Virus record (IMG/VR): IMGVR_UViG_3300025133_000033
Source: a virus
DNA: 64,000 bases
Direction: 5' to 3' (one strand)
The notes beneath the pieces are model-generated. The model saw nothing but the letters and a program-made list of their open reading frames with translations. It did not search any database and was not told the DNA's origin. This document shows positions 1-6,834 of the stretch, piece after piece (position 1 is the stretch's first letter; each line of letters opens with the position of its first letter). The position numbers and the translations under genes were made by a program.

Positions 1-15
1 AAATAGTTTTTTGTT

Positions 16-30
16 TGGCACGCTATTTGC
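16..30 (+). promoter_or_regulatory. sigma54 (RpoN)-type -24/-12 promoter motif
   Basis: TGGCACGctatTTGC: GG-N10-GC spacing matching the TGGCACG-N4-TTGC consensus. Confidence 0.6.
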
Positions 31-41
31 GTAATTTTTCG

Positions 42-158
42 TCGTAAGTCGTTGGTATGAAAGGACTTAGGGCGAGCCGCCGCCGCCCGCCGCTGTAAGT
101 CGTTATATACCAAGGGTTTACGTCGATTTCTTGTGGGGGGTATAATACCCCCTTTTTT
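42..158 (+). ncRNA. putative ~115-nt two-hairpin small RNA
   Basis: Predicted start about 12 nt after the -12 GC; hairpins at ~40-74 and ~95-120; ends in an intrinsic terminator. Inferred, no family recognised. Confidence 0.35.
136..158 (+). terminator. intrinsic terminator
   Basis: GGGGGTA-TAA-TACCCCC followed by TTTTTT; the U-tract exists only on the + strand. Confidence 0.6.
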
Positions 159-160
159 GG

Positions 161-403
161 CTAATAATAGCCATCTTCGAACTCTTGGCAATTGAAGTCG
201 TTACAATCCCAACCATCCCCATCGGTGATGTCCTCATAGAGGTTGTCGGAACGCATCCCCTCGTGCCAGTCGATGTCGTCCTCCGTCCATGCGAAGGGGG
301 CTTCGCACTCCACCGTAGGGGGGTCGATGCGGTCGCACCAATCCTCGAACTCTGCGGCGATGTCAACGGGGAAGGCTTCGCGGGGGTCTTGGCGGCTAGT
401 CAT
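161..403 (-). CDS. small, highly acidic early protein (80 aa)
   Basis: GGAG RBS before ATG at 403, downstream of the promoter at 446-473; 25 D/E versus 4 R and no K. Confidence 0.7.
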   Translation of the reverse strand: MTSRQDPREAFPVDIAAEFEDWCDRIDPPTVECEAPFAWTEDDIDWHEGMRSDNLYEDITDGDGWDCNDFNCQEFEDGYY

Positions 404-445
404 GGCAGAAACTCCAGAAGAAAGAAACGTTGTGAACATGCTTCC

Positions 446-473
446 ATTATAGAGAGTATCGGCAATCTGTCAA
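446..473 (-). promoter_or_regulatory. sigma70-type promoter
   Basis: TTGACA-16 bp (gattgccgatactctc)-TATAAT. Confidence 0.8.
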
Positions 474-514
474 GCGGAACATCGTTAAATATCGAAATAA
501 ACTCAAAATACTTT

Positions 515-529
515 TGGCACGGGATTTGC
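515..529 (+). promoter_or_regulatory. sigma54-type -24/-12 promoter motif
   Basis: TGGCACGggatTTGC; predicted +1 near 541, at the start of the palindrome pair. Confidence 0.6.
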
Positions 530-530
530 G

Positions 531-1482
531 TAAGAAATCGTCGTAAGTCCTTTGATAGTAAGGGTTTACGGCGACGAACGGGCGGTTTTGGCCCTAAGTC
601 CTTTGATACCAACAGGTTACGTCAATATCTTTTGGGGGGTACGATTAAGTCAATAGTGTGGTAGGAGGCTCATGGAATAAATTTTATTTCTGTGCGTGAC
701 CCCATTAGAGGGGGTAGAATAGAATCGCGATATGGCCGAATAAATTTTATTTCTGTGCGTGACCCCATTGGAGGGGGTGAAATAGAATGCGGGGGGCACA
801 ATACCCCTCATAAGAAATCGTCGTAAGTCCTTTGATAGTAAGGGTTTACGGCGACGAACGGGCGGTTTTGGCCCTAAGTCCTTTGATACCAACAGGTTAC
901 GTCAATATCTTTTGGGGGGTACGATTAAGTCAATAGTGTGGTAGGAGGCTCATGGAATAAATTTTATTTCTGTGCGTGACCCCATTAGAGGGGGTAGAAT
1001 AGAATCGCGATATGGCCGAATAAATTTTATTTCTGTGCGTGACCCCATTGGAGGGGGTGAAATAGAATGCGGGGGGCACAATACCCCTCATAAGAAATCG
1101 TCGTAAGTCCTTTGATAGTAAGGGTTTACGGCGACGAACGGGCGGTTTTGGCCCTAAGTCCTTTGATACCAACAGGTTACGTCAATATCTTTTGGGGGGT
1201 ACGATTAAGCTAATAGTAGGGTAGGAGGCTTGTGGAATTTATTTTATTTTTGTGCAAGACCCCATTAGAGGGGTATGAACAGAATCGCTATATGGCCGAA
1301 TAAATTATATTTCTATGCTTAGCCCCATTAGAGGGGGGCAAATAGAATGCGGGTGGGATAGCACCCCCCACAAAAAATCGTCGTAAGTCGTTACTATGAA
1401 AGGAGTTAGGGCGACGACCGGGCGGTTTTCGTCGTAAGTCCTTTGATACCAACGGGTTACGTCAATATCTTTTGGGGGGTAC
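531..1482. repeat. 280-bp tandem repeat array, ~3.4 copies
   Basis: Units start at 531, 811, 1091, 1371. Copies 1-2 identical, copy 3 identical to 1209 then diverged, copy 4 partial and diverged. Each full unit has a palindrome pair and an internal 63-bp-period duplication (GAATAAATTTTATTTCTGTGCGTGACCCCATT at 675 and 738). Confidence 0.95.
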
Positions 1483-1639
1483 AGTAGATGCCTGCATGGG
1501 TACATACATACCCCTGTGTACACCCCCCATGTGGCGGGCGTAGGAAGCTACCAGGGGTGGTACGTACCCCCAGCAGCAGGGTGTGTGGTGTGTGGTAGAT
1601 GCTACCCTCTCCCCCCTTGGAGGGTAGGCACCCACCCAC

Positions 1640-1930
1640 CTACAGAGCCATTGCTTGCATAGCAGAGGATAGAGCACTACCCACCTGAGTGGTGGTCAGC
1701 TTATCACCATGATACCTACTCTTTAGTATACCGTGGCAGAGATCATCAGCTACCCCATTGGAGGTATCCCCTTCCCAATTGAGATAGGATAGTTCACTAG
1801 TCACAATGGGTAGTATGTCATCGAAGATCTGATCATAACGTAGTTGTATCTGGGGGTATCCATCAATAACATTACCCACCAATAAGGTGATGTTAGCAAT
1901 AGCTATATTGAGGGGGGTTGTTCTTTTCAT
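1640..1930 (-). CDS. hypothetical early protein (96 aa)
   Basis: ORF preceded by AAGG; follows 1979-2278 in the same direction. Confidence 0.55.
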   Translation of the reverse strand: MKRTTPLNIAIANITLLVGNVIDGYPQIQLRYDQIFDDILPIVTSELSYLNWEGDTSNGVADDLCHGILKSRYHGDKLTTTQVGSALSSAMQAMAL

Positions 1931-1978
1931 TTTCTTTTACCTTATAGCTCAAGAGAGGGGGTTGATAAAGGACTATTA

Positions 1979-2278
1979 TCAGCCTAAATATTTCATTCTT
2001 TTTGATTGTAAAACTTCTAGCTCCGTGAAGCTATGGTCGATGGTTGGATTAGGAAAGGTTTCACCATCGTAAACGAGGTACTTCCAAGAGAAGCTAAAGC
2101 ACCCCTCGGTAGAGCGGTTTTCTACCAATACTTTCGCGTTGTATGTTTCCTTGTCCTGCAATCCAAACTCCGCCCATTCTGCGGCACTAACAAGTAGCAC
2201 GCTGGAGAATGGGGCGTGGCGTAGTTGAATCTGAACTGAACCAACGGGAGTCGTCGAAGTTAAGGCTAATTGTGGCAT
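1979..2278 (-). CDS. hypothetical early protein (99 aa)
   Basis: AAAGGAAAC leader before ATG; directly downstream of promoter 2318-2346. Confidence 0.7.
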   Translation of the reverse strand: MPQLALTSTTPVGSVQIQLRHAPFSSVLLVSAAEWAEFGLQDKETYNAKVLVENRSTEGCFSFSWKYLVYDGETFPNPTIDHSFTELEVLQSKRMKYLG

Positions 2279-2317
2279 GTTTCGTTTCCTTTGTAGTGTT
2301 TTGTTTTGTATATCTGA

Positions 2318-2346
2318 ATTATATCAGATCGCTGCGAGTTTGTCAA
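2318..2346 (-). promoter_or_regulatory. sigma70-type promoter
   Basis: TTGACA-17-TATAAT, perfect consensus. Confidence 0.85.
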
Positions 2347-2360
2347 TAGGTCTTTTGATT

Positions 2361-2483
2361 TTATCCGAATCTTTTTGTGAATCGGATCTGTCGGTGTTTG
2401 GCGTACCACTTTGTGCGGGCGGTATCTTGCTGTCCACTTTGTGGGTTAAATCGTCGTCGTCGTCGTTTCATTCCGTCTGGCAT
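2361..2483 (-). CDS. 40-aa basic peptide (not in ORF track)
   Basis: MPDGMKRRRRRFNPQSGQQDTARTKWYAKHRQIRFTKRFG*; CCACTAGGAA leader; own promoter at 2520-2548. Confidence 0.6.
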   Translation of the reverse strand: MPDGMKRRRRRFNPQSGQQDTARTKWYAKHRQIRFTKRFG

Positions 2484-2519
2484 CGTGTCGTTCCTAGTGG
2501 CGTTGTTTTGTATGTTTTA

Positions 2520-2548
2520 ATTATATCGTATCAGGTGATGGTTGTCAA
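2520..2548 (-). promoter_or_regulatory. sigma70-type promoter
   Basis: TTGACA-accatcacctgatacga-TATAAT (17-bp spacer). Confidence 0.85.
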
Positions 2549-2560
2549 TAGGTCTTTTGA

Positions 2561-2692
2561 TTATTTTGTAGAATAGTGAATCTTTTTTACCGATACGATA
2601 GCCAATGTTCGAGCGTATCGCTCAAGATGCCCATACGACGAGAATTTCATTTCTACCTTACGTGTGCCGATGATGAGTGTGGCTTGAATCAT
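2561..2692 (-). CDS. 43-aa hypothetical early protein
   Basis: MIQATLIIGTRK...; CCACTAAGGAAAACAAA leader; own promoter at 2732-2760. Confidence 0.65.
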   Translation of the reverse strand: MIQATLIIGTRKVEMKFSSYGHLERYARTLAIVSVKKIHYSTK

Positions 2693-2731
2693 TTTGTTTT
2701 CCTTAGTGGCGTTGTGGCTTAACATGGTTGA

Positions 2732-2760
2732 ATTATACCGTATCAGGTGATGGTTGTCAA
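2732..2760 (-). promoter_or_regulatory. sigma70-type promoter
   Basis: TTGACA-accatcacctgatacgg-TATAAT; near-identical to 2520-2548. Confidence 0.85.
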
Positions 2761-2978
2761 TGGGTAGGACGCGACCAATTTGGATTATATAGAAAGTTTT
2801 CCTTATCTTTGTTTTCCATGATAACACGATGAACACCATCGGTATACCATACGGGGCATTTCTCGGTATAGCCATGTGATTGATAGCCACGCATCACAAC
2901 CAACAATTTCGATAGGCTAGTGTGGCCTAGTTCGATTACTTCGTGCTTAAAATTAACAAGTGGTTGAGAAGATTGCAT
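2757..2978 (-). CDS. 73-aa hypothetical early protein
   Basis: CCACTAAGGAAAACTAAA leader; own promoter at 3017-3044. Confidence 0.7.
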   Translation of the reverse strand: MQSSQPLVNFKHEVIELGHTSLSKLLVVMRGYQSHGYTEKCPVWYTDGVHRVIMENKDKENFLYNPNWSRPTH

Positions 2979-3016
2979 TTTAGTTTTCCTTAGTGGGTTG
3001 TGCTTTGTACTTCTTC

Positions 3017-3044
3017 ATTATACTAAGTATCGGCATTTTGTCAA
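3017..3044 (-). promoter_or_regulatory. sigma70-type promoter
   Basis: TTGACA-16 bp (aaatgccgatacttag)-TATAAT. Confidence 0.8.
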
Positions 3045-3107
3045 TAGGTAATCCACTTAAATCGAGATAATTATCAAAGTATTTTATATGGGTATTTTGT
3101 TTACGAT

Positions 3108-3122
3108 TGGCACGGCATTTGC
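3108..3122 (+). promoter_or_regulatory. sigma54-type -24/-12 promoter motif
   Basis: TGGCACGgcatTTGC. Confidence 0.55.
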
Positions 3123-3210
3123 GAAAGGGGGGGTTTTTTCAATCTAGTCATTTTGGGGGATAGGGGGGCGAAAATCGCTAGGTGGTTCCGGCTACAAGTT
3201 CTAGCTCTCC

Positions 3211-3264
3211 CTGAAAGGACCACTTTTCCGAATCAGCTCTAGCCCATCTGAAAGGACCACTTTT
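3211..3264. repeat. 17-bp direct repeat, 2 copies
   Basis: CTGAAAGGACCACTTTT at 3211 and 3248. Confidence 0.85.
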
Positions 3265-3307
3265 TAGATAAGAAAAAAGGCCGCATCATTTTCTGACACG
3301 ACCATTC

Positions 3308-3511
3308 TTACAGGGGCCACTTGGGGGAAGAGGGGGCACGAGAGCCGGTAAGAGTTTCAAGCTCATCTTTCAACCTCATAATTTCTTCAATCTTCCAACT
3401 CCAGTTACTCTCAGGAGCAACCTGTTGATGATAAGCAACCCTTAGCCCACGCTGGAGCTTACGAATTGATAAGCTGATAGATGTGATTCTCTGGTGCTGA
3501 AACGGAGTCAT
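3308..3511 (-). CDS. hypothetical protein (67 aa)
   Basis: ORF overlapping the end of the upstream HTH gene. Confidence 0.5.
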   Translation of the reverse strand: MTPFQHQRITSISLSIRKLQRGLRVAYHQQVAPESNWSWKIEEIMRLKDELETLTGSRAPSSPKWPL

Positions 3512-3725
3512 GGTCGGTACTGTTTCCTCCGACGTTAACTACACCGCAAACGCCTCTTCCTGACTTCTTTTTAATCCCTAATTTCTGTCTCATTTTCCTA
3601 ACACTCTGCAAGGTAACCATCCGTCCACTACTAGCTGTAAGATCAGCCGCAATCTCACTATCTTTTAGTTTATGAGCGTTCTCACGAATGAAGTTTTTCT
3701 CTGCATCTGACCATTTGATATTCAT
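3459..3725 (-). CDS. small HTH-type DNA-binding protein
   Basis: MNIKWSDAEKNFIREN...DSEIAADL...TLQSVRKMRQKLGI pattern; GAGG RBS before ATG at 3725. Confidence 0.65.
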   Translation of the reverse strand: MNIKWSDAEKNFIRENAHKLKDSEIAADLTASSGRMVTLQSVRKMRQKLGIKKKSGRGVCGVVNVGGNSTDHDSVSAPENHIYQLINS

Positions 3726-3802
3726 TTTCCTCTGTCTCCTAGAAAAAGTTGCTGGTGTGACGTATATACTATTATAGTTGAGTTGACAACTTTTCGCATA
3801 AC

Positions 3803-4150
3803 ATGGAGACAAAATTTATGGCACTGTTAGATATTAAAGCCTCGCAACTACGAGCGAGGGAATCCGTAGAGCTACATGCCCAGGTACAACAGGAACTCGC
3901 TACCGCGAGAGCACAACTGGACGATCAAGACCAAAGCATTTCTGCTCTACTTGATAAAAATGCCAAGCTGAACGAGGAGCTAGAAGAGTCCAAGAAAAAG
4001 ACCGCCAAGCTTATCAAGCAAGCCGGGGCTAAGGCTAAGAGTAAAGGCCCAAAAGAAGGGGGGCCCGTTATCATTAAAAATGACAAGGGTGAAGTAGCCA
4101 AGGAAATTCATGCCTCTAAGCCAAAGGATCAAACAACCAATGAAGCTTAA
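3803..4150 (+). CDS. coiled-coil hypothetical protein
   Basis: ORF with heptad-like helical composition. Confidence 0.6.
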   Translation: METKFMALLDIKASQLRARESVELHAQVQQELATARAQLDDQDQSISALLDKNAKLNEELEESKKKTAKLIKQAGAKAKSKGPKEGGPVIIKNDKGEVAKEIHASKPKDQTTNEA

Positions 4151-4391
4151 GATAGTTTATGATGGTAACGATGAAAATACCAAAGTTATCGACAAAGAAA
4201 CAGGTAAGCCTGTAGAGGGAATTATCTCTTGTAATATCGTCATGGAACCTTATCTTACCTTGGCTACTCTTACGTTTAGTGAAGGCATCGAGTTTGAACT
4301 AGATAATGTGGAGGCTGAGAAAGTATATGAAGATTCCGAAGGGGTACACGGAGGAGCAAGTCCTCCAGATAATCGAGAGAATATCGAATAA
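4140..4391 (+). CDS. hypothetical protein
   Basis: ORF overlapping its neighbours in an operon; start placed at MKLKIVY. Confidence 0.6.
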   Translation: MKLKIVYDGNDENTKVIDKETGKPVEGIISCNIVMEPYLTLATLTFSEGIEFELDNVEAEKVYEDSEGVHGGASPPDNRENIE

Positions 4392-4920
4392 GCTGGCCTC
4401 AACGTTTAAGTTCGGTTACTATGAAATCGACGATATGAAGCAAGAAGCGGCTCTCTTCGCATGGCAGGGCATAGAGAATTACGATGGCGTGCGTCCCTTA
4501 GAAAATTTTCTTTGGGTCCACGTCCGTAATCGCCTCTATAATCTTAAACGTAATAATTATGCTCGGCCCGATACTCCCTGCGACCACTGCCCCTTTGATG
4601 CGTACATAGAACGCAAATGCACGCTTCATGACAACCTTATGAACTGTGAGCCTTACGCCAGACATGAGACGAGGAACGAACTCAAAAAGAATCTCATGTC
4701 TACCAAGCAGGGAGAAGACATGCTACAGGGTCAGCCTCATAGTGTAGAGGATACAGCTCTTTCGAATGAGCTTTATTCAATGATAGACAAAGCTATTCCT
4801 ATCTTCATGAGAGAAGACTGGCTTAGATTTGTTAATAAATTAAGACTGCCCAAAGCTAAACGTGAGACCTTACTAAACCACATCCGACTAATATTGAGTG
4901 AAAATGGCATCGACCCGTAA
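4327..4920 (+). CDS. phage sigma70-family sigma factor (candidate late sigma)
   Basis: Region-2-like EIDDMKQEAALFAWQGIENYDGVRPLENFLWVHVRNRLYNLKR followed by a Cys cluster CDHC...C...C. Confidence 0.7.
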   Translation: MKIPKGYTEEQVLQIIERISNKLASTFKFGYYEIDDMKQEAALFAWQGIENYDGVRPLENFLWVHVRNRLYNLKRNNYARPDTPCDHCPFDAYIERKCTLHDNLMNCEPYARHETRNELKKNLMSTKQGEDMLQGQPHSVEDTALSNELYSMIDKAIPIFMREDWLRFVNKLRLPKAKRETLLNHIRLILSENGIDP

Positions 4921-5728
4921 ACGCGGAAAGCTCTCTAAGGCCGAGATGAGCTATATAGAACAAAACTGCTTCGATCTAAGTCTAGAAGAAATGGCCCGCC
5001 ATCTAAATAGGACCATCCACCCTATCAGGAAGTATATCGACAAGCAGAATCTCAAGGCCAGAGATTTAACTGATGATGAGCACCTTCTATCTACTTTACG
5101 GGACCGTTATTATTTCAAAGAGATGCGGAAGCAATTCAATGATAACGAAATCGTATTCTTTGAGCACAAATGGATCGACCTCTACAAGCAATTCAACGAA
5201 GACGTTGTAGCTACTGAAGAGATGCAGATCGTAGAGTTGTGCCGCACTGCAATCCTGGTTAATCGGTCTATGGAAGACCGCCAAGACATTGTAACGAACA
5301 TTGCTGATCTTGAAAAGCTTATTAATGAGGAAATGGATAAACCTCCCGAATTTCAGGACACACAGGCACTAGCAATGTTTCAAACTCAATTGGGGGCGAT
5401 GATAGGTAGCAAAAGCTCCTACATCACAGAGCACGAGAAGCTTCTTACAAAACAAGAGCGGCTTTTAAAGGACATTAAGGGTACTCGTGAACAACGTAAG
5501 AGAATCGCAGAAGACGCTAATACTAATTTTTTAATTTGGATGCGTCAACTAGATGATCTTGAAGTAAAGGACAAGCAAGGATTCGATATGGAGGTTAATC
5601 GGGTAGCGGCGAACAAAGCCCGTGAACGATTATCTGAATATCATGAATTTGAAGATGGGCTTGTGGATCAACCACTTTTAAATACGGAGACTGTAAAAGA
5701 TGTACAACCAGATATTCACAATGACTAG
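4904..5728 (+). CDS. hypothetical protein with N-terminal HTH; possible terminase small subunit
   Basis: LSLEEMARHLNRTIHPIRKYI HTH-like segment, helical remainder, upstream of terL; the TerS call is positional inference. Confidence 0.4.
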   Translation: MASTRKRGKLSKAEMSYIEQNCFDLSLEEMARHLNRTIHPIRKYIDKQNLKARDLTDDEHLLSTLRDRYYFKEMRKQFNDNEIVFFEHKWIDLYKQFNEDVVATEEMQIVELCRTAILVNRSMEDRQDIVTNIADLEKLINEEMDKPPEFQDTQALAMFQTQLGAMIGSKSSYITEHEKLLTKQERLLKDIKGTREQRKRIAEDANTNFLIWMRQLDDLEVKDKQGFDMEVNRVAANKARERLSEYHEFEDGLVDQPLLNTETVKDVQPDIHND

Positions 5729-6812
5729 GCATATGCCGCTTGAAGAGAAGCGGAAGATATTAGAGATACCGGAAGAGATTGATGCTCTGTGTCGAAGCCA
5801 AGTATCTAGTTTTAAAGGTTACTCGGCCCATGACATAGAGGAAAATTATAAGTTTGGCACAAACGATATTTTGGTGCGGTTTCAACAGGGGAAAATGGCC
5901 AATCTAAAGAATTTCGACTCTTTCGAAAGCAGCAAGCTAGTCAATGTGAGATGTAAGGCCATCGCCTCTATGATGGACACTCTTCACAAGAGATTTCCAG
6001 AGATCATGGAAGACCTTGATCTTATTATTCCCTTTTCTTTTTCTGATATGTCTACCGCCCCTAGACAGAGAATCCCCTCACTAACCTTCTCAAAGGAACA
6101 AAGCTCCAACAATATATTGGTCCCCTCTGTGAACAATTTAGTGGGTTATGCCGAAATGGAGCATGTGGCAATGTATGACACTCCTCTACTTCATAAGAAG
6201 GATGAGTTGTGTTTCGTTGGTTCCCTCACTAATATATATTGGAACGGTAAGGGCATGGCATCGAACCAGCGTCTTCAGATTGCGGAATATTCTAAGGGTT
6301 CAGAATGTCCTATCTTCGCTCGTGTTATTCCTCCAAAGGATTATGGTGAAGAGAAGTTTAATAAGGTCTATAAGGAGGTTTGTGAGCACTTCCCTAGCCT
6401 AGCCGATGGGGATGAGGTCTATTTTCGAGAGAAGAGGATAGAGTTGCGTGAGCAGCTCCAGTATAAGTTCCAGCTATGTATTGACGGGCATGTTTGTGCT
6501 TGGGCACGCTTGCCGTGGCAGCTTGGCTCTAACAGCGTACCAATTAAGATTCGGAACCCTGATTTCAAATTCATGGAGTGGTATTACCCACTATTGGACT
6601 TTGGCAAGGACTGTGTTGAGATCAATATAGATCAGATTCCAGAGGTTTTTGAATGGTTGAAAAACGATCCTGAAGAACAGTTGGCGATTTCCGAGAGAGG
6701 GAAGTCTTTCATGGATCAGTATATCAGTGGAGAGCTGGGCCAAAGGATACTTTTATGGACTATATTATTATTGAGTGATAAACAACAATTGTATTTACAG
6801 GAACTTGAATAG
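5700..6812 (+). CDS. glycosyltransferase family 90 (CAP10-like)
   Basis: QYKFQLCIDGHVCAWARLPWQLGSNSVPIK...EWYYPLL...WLKNDPEEQLAISERGKSF; start could be 5721. Confidence 0.75.
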   Translation: MYNQIFTMTRHMPLEEKRKILEIPEEIDALCRSQVSSFKGYSAHDIEENYKFGTNDILVRFQQGKMANLKNFDSFESSKLVNVRCKAIASMMDTLHKRFPEIMEDLDLIIPFSFSDMSTAPRQRIPSLTFSKEQSSNNILVPSVNNLVGYAEMEHVAMYDTPLLHKKDELCFVGSLTNIYWNGKGMASNQRLQIAEYSKGSECPIFARVIPPKDYGEEKFNKVYKEVCEHFPSLADGDEVYFREKRIELREQLQYKFQLCIDGHVCAWARLPWQLGSNSVPIKIRNPDFKFMEWYYPLLDFGKDCVEINIDQIPEVFEWLKNDPEEQLAISERGKSFMDQYISGELGQRILLWTILLLSDKQQLYLQELE

Positions 6813-6834
6813 TCATCTGGAGGTTTAGGACACT

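Noticed and set aside
185-664. 159-aa + strand ORF
   Set aside because: Antisense shadow of the acidic gene that runs through promoters and repeats; no RBS
40-1460. Palindromic repeats as a CRISPR array
   Set aside because: Intervening sequences are themselves repeated and alternate between ~20 and ~200 bp; no unique spacers and no cas operon
400-1523. Repeated ORFs MVSKDLGPKPPVRRRK... (400-612, 650-892, 930-1172) and 1305-1523
   Set aside because: By-products of the 280-bp DNA repeat: TTG starts without an RBS, and the frame is not kept in the diverged copies
3160-3205. GGGGGCGAAAA...GGTGGTTCC resembling a tmRNA/tRNA fragment
   Set aside because: No cloverleaf, TTCGA T-loop or CCA-ending acceptor stem could be built; no tRNA recognised anywhere in the window
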